A stretch of DNA of 32,000 bases, from positions 180,001 through 212,000 of the forward strand of contig DIRZ01000002.1 in assembly GCA_002421785.1 (NCBI GenBank), read 5' to 3'. Origin of the DNA: Candidatus Saccharimonadota bacterium. Lineage in GTDB: Bacteria > Patescibacteriota > Saccharimonadia > Saccharimonadales > Saccharimonadaceae. The stretch's first letter is position 1, and every line of letters starts with the position of its first letter. The notes under the pieces are model-generated. The model ran no database searches, had not been told where the DNA came from, and worked only from the letters and a program-made list of their open reading frames with translations. Shown here in pieces: positions 1-7,755 of this stretch. A program made the translations under genes and the position numbers.

Positions 1-1425
1 CGCTAGGTCATTGGCAGTGGCGTAGGGTCCGCCCGTTTTGGTAAAATTGGAATTCTTCAGCCCAATAGCATTGATATCTTTCGTCACGTTTGATAGCCCC
101 AGATTTTCCAGGAAGGCTTCTGCGCAGGCATTGTCGCTGTTGCTAATCATCTTGTTGAAACAGTCGGCATTGCTATCCCAGTCCTTCGTGCCCGCGTCTA
201 TCCGCTTGAGCAGGCTATAGGCAACGAGTAGTTTATAGGTGCTCGCGGTCACAAACTGCTGGTCGCCGTTATAACTTGCCCGTCGCTTTTTGCCGTCGAG
301 TTCGATGAGTGAAATACCATAAGAGCCCGGGTGGTCTTTGGCGTAATTCGCTAGCAACGCCGAGAGTCCCGCATCTGTTGGGCTATAGCTGCGCGTGTAT
401 TGTTCGACTGGCGGCAACACCATTACGACCGCCTGCGCGCTCTCAGTTTTGCCCCTTACGACTTCGCCAATGCTCGCCGCAGTCCGGTTAATATCGAGCG
501 CCTGACCAGACGCGCCATTCACGCGTGAGGTTTCGGTAAAGTCAACCGTCGTGACATATGAAATACCGGGCTTCACCGACACCTTCGGCGCGACCGTTGG
601 ATTCAGGTAGGCTGCAGCACGTTCGCCGTTCACAATCATCTGTATGCCGTTATCTGGCGCGGTGATATCGAGCCACGAAAGCACGTCCTTGGCTGGCAGA
701 ACCACGGTCTCACCCGCAACTTCGAGCGGTACGCCCTTGGCAACGTGGGCATTTATATCATCGGCCACTGCCTTGGCTGCTTTGTCGGTTACTGCGGGAA
801 ATACTTCTTTTTGCTTCACCATGACTTTCGATTCCTCGCCCAGCACTGGTCGAGCTTTTTTGAGCGTCGCCAGCACATCATCACGCTGGCATTCACCGCC
901 AGGCTGCGCCCGGACCACGGTCAGTCTATCGCCATCTGCTTTCAGCGTGGCATTCACTGGTGCCTTGCGGCACTCGCTCATCAGCTTGTCATCCACGTAT
1001 TTTTCGAATGCTTTGCCGAATGTCGGCGCAGGGACGTCGGATTTGCCCAGCCCCGCCCAAAACAACGAACTAGGGAGCACTCGCAAATACCACGGATAAT
1101 TCATAGCTTTCACGCGCTCCGTGTTATCAACCGTAATATCGACGTCCTTAAGAGTTGGCGTGCTAAAAGCTTTAGAATCGATACCCATATAGATTGCGAG
1201 CTTATGCTCACTATAGCGTTTGTTGAGCAGCTCGGTTACCTGCTGCTTGGTTTGCATACCAACAGGCTGCTTGTCGATACTCGCGAAGGGCAACAACCTG
1301 TCACCAGGGTAAAAAATTTGCACTAGTAACAATAGGCCAAGTAGGCCTAGGCCTCCCCGTATAAGCAGGGGCTTCCACTGCATGTGCCGTAAACGCTTCT
1401 TCAGCGCCCCAATATACTTATGCAT
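1..1425 (-). CDS. Membrane-anchored serine hydrolase, beta-lactamase/penicillin-binding-protein fold (3' partial, runs off the window start)
   Basis: Absent from the ORF track because it has no stop in the window. I checked all 475 reverse-strand codons from ATG (complement of 1423-1425) to base 1 and found no stop. The product starts MHKYIGALKKRLRHMQWKPLLIRGGLGLLGLLLLVQIFYPG (N-terminal TM anchor). Near the window edge it contains QQFVTASTYKLLVAYSLL (SxxK) and MISNSDNACAEAF (SxN). The + strand track ORFs 644..1099 and 745..1326 are shadows of it. Confidence 0.75.
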   Translation of the reverse strand, partial: MHKYIGALKKRLRHMQWKPLLIRGGLGLLGLLLLVQIFYPGDRLLPFASIDKQPVGMQTKQQVTELLNKRYSEHKLAIYMGIDSKAFSTPTLKDVDITVDNTERVKAMNYPWYLRVLPSSLFWAGLGKSDVPAPTFGKAFEKYVDDKLMSECRKAPVNATLKADGDRLTVVRAQPGGECQRDDVLATLKKARPVLGEESKVMVKQKEVFPAVTDKAAKAVADDINAHVAKGVPLEVAGETVVLPAKDVLSWLDITAPDNGIQMIVNGERAAAYLNPTVAPKVSVKPGISYVTTVDFTETSRVNGASGQALDINRTAASIGEVVRGKTESAQAVVMVLPPVEQYTRSYSPTDAGLSALLANYAKDHPGSYGISLIELDGKKRRASYNGDQQFVTASTYKLLVAYSLLKRIDAGTKDWDSNADCFNKMISNSDNACAEAFLENLGLSNVTKDINAIGLKNSNFTKTGGPYATANDLA

Positions 1426-1433
1426 ATACGCCC

Positions 1434-1439
1434 ATTATA
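1434..1439 (-). promoter_or_regulatory. Putative -10 box TATAAT, 8 nt upstream of ATG 1425 (leaderless-type geometry)
   Basis: The reverse strand reads GTATAATGGGCGTATATG. A perfect TATAAT overlaps the stop of the upstream lexA-like gene, and there is no room for an SD. Confidence 0.35.
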
Positions 1440-1830
1440 CTACGTGCGTGTCGCTGGCTTTTTCGTAGCCGAGTATTTGCAGGGCGTCGAGGAGTGTTTG
1501 GATCTGCGCGGCATTCGCATCATTGTCAATCCCGCGTAGTTCTTCGATCTTCTTCAGAATGGTTTGCTCAGCAGGGTTCGCCACCACACCGACACTATGT
1601 GACTGCTCACTACCCGGCATCACCACTTCGAGCGTGCGTGCGGAATTATCTTTTTTGACCAACCAGCCACGAGCAACCAGGCCGTTCACATGCGTTGCGA
1701 CGGTACTGACACTTTTGTAGTCCAAAGCGCGCATGATTTCGCGGTAACTCGGCCCATAGCCATAGCCTTTAATAAATCCATCAATAAAACTCAATAGTTC
1801 ACGCTGTTTTTTGGTTGGTCGTTGTTCCAC
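1435..1830 (-). CDS. LexA-family winged-helix DNA-binding protein without the S24 autopeptidase domain
   Basis: 131 aa. The N-terminus PTKKQRELLSFIDGFIKGYGYGPSYREIMRALDYKSVSTVATHVNGLVARGWL is the typical LexA DNA-binding domain. The remaining ~55 aa are short and helical, with no Ser/Lys protease module. The start is GTG at 1830, preceded by AAGGAG (complement of 1837-1842) with 6-nt spacing. Confidence 0.8.
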   Translation of the reverse strand: MEQRPTKKQRELLSFIDGFIKGYGYGPSYREIMRALDYKSVSTVATHVNGLVARGWLVKKDNSARTLEVVMPGSEQSHSVGVVANPAEQTILKKIEELRGIDNDANAAQIQTLLDALQILGYEKASDTHVV

Positions 1831-3121
1831 GATTTGCTCCTTTTGTCATTACCACTGCTGCCATCCCCCACCACACCAAGCTCACGGTGTCGTCTGCCCA
1901 TACCGGCAGCAGCAGCCCAATGAGCGCCAGACCGATACCGCTCGCCCATAGGCCCAGCGCTAGCCAATCACGGCGCTGTCGCCAGAGTTTTGTAAGTATA
2001 TACACGTACAGCACCGCAAACAGTACCACGCCAAGCCATCCCACTTCGTGCGCTATCATCAGGTATTGGTTCTCAATGATGACCGGTTCCGTGCCTAGTA
2101 ACGATGCTGAACCCGTAGAGCCAATCCCTGCACCCATGGGCTGACGGGCTGCGCGGGCAATGCCGTCCTGCAGTGACGCCAAGTGTCCTTCATTTGAGTC
2201 GATTGATGCGCCCGTACTAGGATTGTCATGCAGAATCACGTTGTGGACAAAACTTGTGTCGCGGATGGCCCAGCCTAGTGCCGCTACTACTAGTGTACCC
2301 ACCCCTAGCGTGTACCACGTACGCCGGGTGAGGTGTTTGCCATACCCAACCAACCCCACCAGGGCGAGTGTGCCCAGCCCCGCTAGGAGTGCACTACGTG
2401 AATAGCTAAACCACAGACCAACCATCGCCCCAACGCTGAGTACCGCGAACAGCGCAATGCGTGGTCGGCTCCACATGTTAATCTGCGCCCTCTGACGCAC
2501 CACAAGTGCCGCCAGCACACCGAGTACAATCACCGCATACGCACCAAGCGGGTTCGGCCCACGAAGCGTGCTGTTGAACCGTACATAGTCGGGGTTTTTG
2601 TCGACTGTTAGGTATGGCGCGATCGTCGATTCGCTATAGCCAAGGTGCGCCAAGATATCGCGGGGCAATACTAGCTGCAGCAACGCAAATCCGAGCACAA
2701 TCACCGCGCCAAAAGTGGCCACCCGCACGAACGAACGCTTGTAGTGCGGATACAGCCGTAAAAACATGTATATAAGTACCGCATACAGCACGTACCGCAC
2801 GTCTATCATCAGGCCTGCTAGCACCGTCTGGGCGCCCCCGTGTGACCATGCCACTGCTGCCACGTGCACCGCACCGTAGGCAGCCGCCAGCCAGCAGAAC
2901 ATGTCGTGAGTGAACAGCTGCCACTGCCGACGGCGGCTGATATCGGTCACCAAAATGACCAATGCGAGTACCAATAGTATTTCTTTCCACCCTTTTACTA
3001 CTAGTGCCATCGCAGGCCAGTGCGTACCCACGTACACTGTTAGTGGTGCATGAACAACGATCAGTGCGAGAATCATTAGGAGCAGCCAAGCCGCCATGTA
3101 CTCAAAGAATCGAGCTTTCAT
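1799..3121 (-). CDS. Polytopic membrane protein of the O-antigen ligase/polymerase (Wzy_C) family
   Basis: About 10-12 hydrophobic helices. There is a large loop ...HDNPSTGASIDSNEGHLASLQDGI... followed by ENQYLMIAHEVGWLGVVLF, which resembles the Wzy_C end motif (H/N-x-Y-L-x-x-x-x-E-x-G-x-x-G). I prefer ATG at 3121 (MKARFFEYMAAWLL) over the track's TTG at 3181, which would overlap the divergent gene. Confidence 0.8.
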   Translation of the reverse strand: MKARFFEYMAAWLLLMILALIVVHAPLTVYVGTHWPAMALVVKGWKEILLVLALVILVTDISRRRQWQLFTHDMFCWLAAAYGAVHVAAVAWSHGGAQTVLAGLMIDVRYVLYAVLIYMFLRLYPHYKRSFVRVATFGAVIVLGFALLQLVLPRDILAHLGYSESTIAPYLTVDKNPDYVRFNSTLRGPNPLGAYAVIVLGVLAALVVRQRAQINMWSRPRIALFAVLSVGAMVGLWFSYSRSALLAGLGTLALVGLVGYGKHLTRRTWYTLGVGTLVVAALGWAIRDTSFVHNVILHDNPSTGASIDSNEGHLASLQDGIARAARQPMGAGIGSTGSASLLGTEPVIIENQYLMIAHEVGWLGVVLFAVLYVYILTKLWRQRRDWLALGLWASGIGLALIGLLLPVWADDTVSLVWWGMAAVVMTKGANRGTTTNQKTA

Positions 3122-3128
3122 TACCCCT

Positions 3129-3134
3129 ATTGTA
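3129..3134 (-). promoter_or_regulatory. Putative -10 box TACAAT, 7 nt upstream of ATG 3121
   Basis: The reverse strand reads TACAATAGGGGTAATG. It lies back-to-back with the + strand -10 box 10 bp away. Confidence 0.35.
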
Positions 3135-3141
3135 CCTAAAA

Positions 3142-3150
3142 TGGTATAAT
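3142..3150 (+). promoter_or_regulatory. Putative extended -10 promoter TGGTATAAT, 11 nt upstream of ATG 3162
   Basis: The sequence reads aaaTGGTATAATtacggcacactATG. It has the TGn extension and a perfect hexamer, with no SD in the short leader. Confidence 0.45.
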
Positions 3151-3161
3151 TACGGCACACT

Positions 3162-4601
3162 ATGCCGTCGAAAAACACCAAATTCTACAGCCTTCTCCTC
3201 ATTGCCGCCGACCTTACTGTGCTTGCCATCGTCTTTGCCGTCGCCTACTACGTACGCACACAGCTCGACACTCGCGTCCTCTTGCACGCGGTGTATGTGC
3301 GCGAATACATCATTGGATTCTGCGTTATCGCTCCAGTCTGGATTGGTATTTTTGCGACGCTCGGCCTATACAATGCCAATGTGTATACGCGTCGGCTGGT
3401 TGAGTGGGCGCGAGTCGTGCTCGGTACTTTTATTGGCATTCTGCTTGTCATTGGCTGGGAATACATAACGAACGTTCACATTTTCCCCGCCCGGCTGGTG
3501 GCACAATACGTGTTCTTTGGCTCGGTTGCGGCTATCATCCTGGTACGTGAAGTCATCCGCCAAATTCGCACCGAACTGTATCGCTACGGCAAAGGCGTCA
3601 GCCGAGTGCTGATTGTTGGAAACTCTGCCGCGACCCGCGACATCGCCGAAGAAATGAGTACTACGCATAAGTCTGGGTACCACATTGTCGCGATGGCGGG
3701 GCCAGCAAAATATGTGCCCCATGGGCTCGGCATTATCCACTACGCTTCTGTCGATACCGCCCTGAAAGACATTCAGAAACACCATATTACCACCATTATT
3801 CAGACAGACCTGTACGACAGCGAGGATCGTAATCACCGTATTTTGAGTGCGGCGCAGATTAATCACATTCAGTACAACTTTATTCCGGGCGAGCCAGAGT
3901 TTTACACCGGCAAGAACACTGTCGACGTATTCCTGGGATACCCGATGATTACCGTTAGTCAGACACCACTCATGGGCTGGGGTGCAGTCGCTAAGCGCCT
4001 GTTCGATTTCGTCGCATCCATCATACTTGTCATCCTACTATCCCCACTACTCTTACTTCTGGCACTCCTACAGAAAATCTTTAATCCTGGGCCTATCTTC
4101 TATAACTCCAAACGGCTCAGCCAATTCAGCAAGCCAATTACCCTGTTTAAATTCCGCAGCATGAAGGACCGTCCCACCGCCCACCTGGACGCCGCCGAAG
4201 AATTCCGCGCTATGGGCCGCGAAGACCTAGTGGAAGAATACGAAAAAAACCGCAAGGTCGCCAACGATCCCCGCATCACTCGCTTTGGCAAATTCCTGCG
4301 CGACACGTCACTCGACGAACTTCCCCAGATTTTTAACGTGATTCGTGGCGACTTGAGTCTGGTCGGCCCACGTCCTATTCTGCCCCAAGAAGCCAAATTT
4401 AACCGTGCACGTACGGCTCTGCTCCACAGCGTGAAAAGTGGCGTGACGGGCCTATGGCAAGTCAGCGGCCGCAGCGAGCTCAGCTTCGAAGAACGCATCG
4501 AACTGGAGCTCTACTATGCCCAGAACTGGAGCTTCTGGCTCGACCTGCGCATTTTGTTTAAAACAATTGGTGTGGTGATTAAAAAAACTGGGGCGAAGTA
4601 G
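3162..4601 (+). CDS. Polyprenyl-phosphate hexose-1-phosphate transferase (WbaP/CpsE-type initiating phosphoglycosyltransferase, bacterial sugar transferase family)
   Basis: 479 aa with N-terminal TM helices and a central Rossmann-like segment (VLIVGNSAATRDIAEEM). The C-terminal catalytic domain carries KFRSM...DPRITRFGKFLRDTSLDELPQIFNVIRGDLSLVGPRP...GLWQVSGRS. Confidence 0.9.
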   Translation: MPSKNTKFYSLLLIAADLTVLAIVFAVAYYVRTQLDTRVLLHAVYVREYIIGFCVIAPVWIGIFATLGLYNANVYTRRLVEWARVVLGTFIGILLVIGWEYITNVHIFPARLVAQYVFFGSVAAIILVREVIRQIRTELYRYGKGVSRVLIVGNSAATRDIAEEMSTTHKSGYHIVAMAGPAKYVPHGLGIIHYASVDTALKDIQKHHITTIIQTDLYDSEDRNHRILSAAQINHIQYNFIPGEPEFYTGKNTVDVFLGYPMITVSQTPLMGWGAVAKRLFDFVASIILVILLSPLLLLLALLQKIFNPGPIFYNSKRLSQFSKPITLFKFRSMKDRPTAHLDAAEEFRAMGREDLVEEYEKNRKVANDPRITRFGKFLRDTSLDELPQIFNVIRGDLSLVGPRPILPQEAKFNRARTALLHSVKSGVTGLWQVSGRSELSFEERIELELYYAQNWSFWLDLRILFKTIGVVIKKTGAK

Positions 4602-4616
4602 CCTCACCGGCTACTT
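4596..4616. terminator. Hairpin spanning both stop codons of convergent genes (weak bidirectional terminator candidate)
   Basis: AAGTAGCC-tcacc-GGCTACTT forms an 8-bp stem. It contains TAG 4599-4601 (+ gene) and cta 4611-4613 (- gene stop). Only a short T run (TTT) follows on the + strand. Confidence 0.3.
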
Positions 4617-4949
4617 TGGTTCAAATAGCGCCTTCACTTCATCTTCTGTAAGGTTAGGAAATTCATATGCTTGAGAATTCGCGGAGTACCCAGCTTGCTC
4701 TGCTTGAAGAGGGGTGCAGACATAATCAATGTAGCCTGGTCGAAAGACAGAAAAGGATGCACTTTCGTTATACCAAGCTAGCCCCGGTTTCGCCATTAGC
4801 TCGACAGGTTTCTGCCCACATTCATTCCACTTAGAATAGAAACGCGTACTACCACCGAATGGAGATAGGTCAAACAGAATAAGCACGGACATCACCGCAG
4901 CAATAATAATGATAAGCGTCTTCTTACTAGTTTTTTGAGCTTTTGCCAT
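4611..4949 (-). CDS. Small membrane-anchored protein, unknown function
   Basis: 112 aa. It has an N-terminal basic stretch plus a TM helix (KKTLIIIIAAVMSVLILF), then an ~80-aa domain with two Cys. Its start overlaps the 3' end of the upstream SGNH hydrolase gene by 23 nt, so the two are co-transcribed. Confidence 0.55.
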   Translation of the reverse strand: MAKAQKTSKKTLIIIIAAVMSVLILFDLSPFGGSTRFYSKWNECGQKPVELMAKPGLAWYNESASFSVFRPGYIDYVCTPLQAEQAGYSANSQAYEFPNLTEDEVKALFEPK

Positions 4950-7686
4950 AGTGAGCCGTTCTTACCAACATAGTTATGATTATTGCCACCAGTATACCAC
5001 CTATAGTGTACAGTAGCCACGGCCTAGCGAGTGCGTCACCACTCTGCGCACCACCTTGTGGTTGCACTGTTGCTTGTTGCGTGAACAAAGGTATTGCAAC
5101 GTTATCTCCGCTAGGCTGCCCCGCGCCAAAGAAACCACCAGTCTCTGTAGCCGGCAGAGACCAAGTGCTTGCTAGCGCTACTTCATCTGTAGTATCTAGG
5201 GAACGAGTACCAACTACCCCTCTAGAAGCTGGCGCATCGTCCGTACTGGCGGCCACAGCCACCAGGCACGTGTCGTTACCTGCATCGTCATACCACTCCT
5301 TGATCCCAAAACACCCGTCTAGCGCATTGGTAATACCATCTCCATCACTATCATCCCGATTGTCACTTGTAATAGTAATGAATTGCTGTATCTGAAGTGC
5401 TTCGCCGCTTACTGAAATGCCAGCGACCGTTAGCAAGTGGAAGCCGGGCTCGACTCCCTCAGGTAGTTGTACGGAATAGTCGAGACCACCAGTCTCTGAC
5501 GCCGACGTGTCAGGTAGCTCAGTAGGCTTTGATTGAATTTTAATCTTTGCAACACTTTGCGGATCGAGTGTGTTGGCCGGTACGTTGATACGGATAGGTC
5601 CGCCCTGTTGTACGCTGCCAGTCTCAACTAATGGCAGACGCACAATGCGGTGCGTGGCTGCGGGGGCTTCTAGGACTTCGACATCATCAGAAGCGCCGTC
5701 GTGCAAGTAACGAGAATACGCACTTTCGAGAGCTTCTGCAATCTGTTCATGCCCCGCTGCATTTGGGTGAAACATCGCAGGGTTTTTCGCGTTAAAGCCA
5801 CCACTTGCGTACCCTATCACATACTCCGAACCCTCACACAAGCGCCCGCCCTCTAAAGCGTACTCATTATCGAGATACACCGTGCCCGTATCTTGCGCGA
5901 CAAGGCGCAGCACTTTGTTGAGTCGTGACACACTATCATTGATCATCTTCATTTCTGCGCCATTTAGTAGTGCGGTATTCAGACCGCAGATTCCATGATC
6001 AGCGATAAAGCGCGGGTACCCGACGACGTACACCTCTGAATCTGGTGACGCCTGCTTAATCATGTCGATAAACTTTTTGTTATACAGGTACTGGTCATCG
6101 ATGTATCCGTTCAAATTTGCCCGCATCGTCTCGTCTGACACATACCCGCACGTATCAAATAGTGGAATGTAGTTCCAGATAGTAAAGTAGCCTGCGCAGT
6201 ACTGTAGAATGTCAGCAAATCCTACATCGTTACCACCACCCGTGAAGGTTATTATTTTGGGTTTGTACTTTTTCACAAATTCTATCTGAGGAATATTGCC
6301 CGGAGCAAAGTCATCGATCGACGACGCCTGAACTTCATTTCTTTGCGAAGAAGAAAGGTGCGCTAGGCGATTGCCCTGTCCGCGATATCCCTCAAGCGGC
6401 CTACTATAGTCAAAAACGACCCGCGCGCCAGAGCACGCCACCGATTGCATTTTATCTACCTGTACTTTCCAGTAGTTACGCAACAAAAACGGATAGGACC
6501 GCGAGCTGATATGGCACTGTCCGTCTGGCTCCGTGCCAGGTAAATAATAGCTAGTACCGTCAGACATTTTTTCAACATCGCCCTCACCGCTCGAATAGGA
6601 ATCACCTAAAGCAAGATAGTCAAGGCGCGTACTTGGTGCATAATTCACACCGTGAAGCTCAACCCTTTTAGGACTTGAAGGGCCCGTATAGCCGTACATT
6701 CCTGGGTATAGCGACGTAGTAATAATAAGTCCCTGGCCGTCATCAATGAACGATGACCTCATTGAATATGCCGGATAGCCAGCCGTATCCTGTAGTAGCG
6801 TGTTTATACTACGAGAAATGCAGGGGTGTAGCAGGTAACGCATGTCTCTTTGCCCGATTGTCTCATAGCCGTCGCCACAACCGCGCGTATCAATAATCTC
6901 TTCCACTGCGCCCATATGCGCATACCTTCCGTCATCTGAAATAGCGAGGGGAGAGGGGGGAGGACTACTATACCAGGCGCTTGGTTTGGACAAAATTACC
7001 GTCTGCAACCCAGTTTGCAGGTCTATCTTTACAAACAATAACCGCTCGACATACGCCAATATGTATCTACCATTTTCGGATGACACCATGCCATAAACGT
7101 CACGATAACCAACCGTCCCATCATCATTAACCTTCGGGAGCCAGGTGGTGCCTTTTGATCGATCGGTTCGATAAAGCGTTACTGTACCAAATGAATTCTT
7201 AGCAGCTGGTACGAGCGCCAGCGGAAGTGAACGATATGTGACTAAAGTCGATGGCGCGCTTGCAAAGGGCCCACGCGCCAAACTGACGTATGTGTCCGTA
7301 CCTGGTACTAGATAGCCTATGTCGCTATCGGGGAGAAACTGGTGATACAGCGCCTCTGCCCCAATGCGAATCGCCTTATAGCTTCTGCTTCCATATTGCG
7401 CAACATCAATCGTCGCACCGTGCAACACGCAACCTTGAAATTTAGAATAAAACTGACCGGTCTCCGGAACAATAGTCTCGCTCGCTACCTTTATTTCCTC
7501 CATACGACAGACCGATCCGTCACTAATATCATCCGTAACGCTTGTAACAACCGGTTCTGTGTCTGTCCATGAAAATTGCGCGCTAGCCTGAGCTCCCGTA
7601 GATATACAAATACTCAGCACTACGCCCAAAGAACAAGATACGACACACACAGAAAACTTACCACGCACATTCATAATTGCGCTCAT
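4927..7686 (-). CDS. Secreted, C-terminally membrane-anchored multidomain SGNH/GDSL hydrolase (esterase/lipase family)
   Basis: 919 aa with a signal peptide ending AQASA-Q. The N-terminal ~300 aa carry propeller-like motifs (SENGRYILAY, ISDDGRYAHM, IDDGQGLII). SGNH blocks are LALGDSYSSGEG (block I), CHISSRSY, TFTGGGNDVGF (block III) and HPNAAGHEQIA (block V-like). There is a thrombospondin-type-3-like Ca-binding stretch (DDSDGDGITNALDGC), a Ser/Thr/Gly-rich linker, and a terminal TM helix (LLYTIGGILVAIIITMLV) followed by a basic tail. Confidence 0.85.
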   Translation of the reverse strand: MSAIMNVRGKFSVCVVSCSLGVVLSICISTGAQASAQFSWTDTEPVVTSVTDDISDGSVCRMEEIKVASETIVPETGQFYSKFQGCVLHGATIDVAQYGSRSYKAIRIGAEALYHQFLPDSDIGYLVPGTDTYVSLARGPFASAPSTLVTYRSLPLALVPAAKNSFGTVTLYRTDRSKGTTWLPKVNDDGTVGYRDVYGMVSSENGRYILAYVERLLFVKIDLQTGLQTVILSKPSAWYSSPPPSPLAISDDGRYAHMGAVEEIIDTRGCGDGYETIGQRDMRYLLHPCISRSINTLLQDTAGYPAYSMRSSFIDDGQGLIITTSLYPGMYGYTGPSSPKRVELHGVNYAPSTRLDYLALGDSYSSGEGDVEKMSDGTSYYLPGTEPDGQCHISSRSYPFLLRNYWKVQVDKMQSVACSGARVVFDYSRPLEGYRGQGNRLAHLSSSQRNEVQASSIDDFAPGNIPQIEFVKKYKPKIITFTGGGNDVGFADILQYCAGYFTIWNYIPLFDTCGYVSDETMRANLNGYIDDQYLYNKKFIDMIKQASPDSEVYVVGYPRFIADHGICGLNTALLNGAEMKMINDSVSRLNKVLRLVAQDTGTVYLDNEYALEGGRLCEGSEYVIGYASGGFNAKNPAMFHPNAAGHEQIAEALESAYSRYLHDGASDDVEVLEAPAATHRIVRLPLVETGSVQQGGPIRINVPANTLDPQSVAKIKIQSKPTELPDTSASETGGLDYSVQLPEGVEPGFHLLTVAGISVSGEALQIQQFITITSDNRDDSDGDGITNALDGCFGIKEWYDDAGNDTCLVAVAASTDDAPASRGVVGTRSLDTTDEVALASTWSLPATETGGFFGAGQPSGDNVAIPLFTQQATVQPQGGAQSGDALARPWLLYTIGGILVAIIITMLVRTAHYGKSSKN

Positions 7687-7743
7687 CTTACTTGCTCAGC
7701 CATTAATAAGCAAGCAATACCATAATTTATAACGATTGTCGGC

Positions 7744-7749
7744 TATAAT
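7744..7749 (+). promoter_or_regulatory. Putative -10 box TATAAT, 6 nt upstream of ATG 7756 (leaderless-type geometry)
   Basis: The sequence reads ggcTATAATgaggtaATG. A transcription start about 7 nt after the hexamer would coincide with the ATG. Confidence 0.4.
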
Positions 7750-7755
7750 GAGGTA

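Noticed and set aside
1-120. The KTG triad (NFTKTGG) as proof that the partial hydrolase is a class A beta-lactamase
   Set aside because: It lies only about 34 residues after the SxN motif, which is too close for the canonical class A KTG box. The segment IGLKNSNF looks more like the post-SxN region of S11-type DD-peptidases. I therefore call only the generic PBP/beta-lactamase fold.
644-1326. The + strand track ORFs 644..1099 and 745..1326, plus many similar ORFs: 38..220, 309..491, 2634..3089, 2962..3468, 3366..3866, 4100..4498, 4976..5395, 8931..9707, 9813..10298, 12582..13010, 13168..13605, 13651..14109, 14299..14691, 17851..18216, 18996..19337, 24462..24854, 29912..30340 and 31004..31414
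   Set aside because: Each lies inside or antisense to a longer ORF with recognisable domains. Their translations are low-complexity (Ser/Ala/Arg/Pro-rich) with no motifs. They are shadow ORFs typical of the opposite strand of real genes.
7691-7714. The inverted repeat CTTGCT-n12-AGCAAG between the SGNH hydrolase and GT4 genes as an operator
   Set aside because: The arms are only 6 bp in an A/T-rich intergenic region, so this is easily a chance match. I saw no second copy elsewhere in the window.
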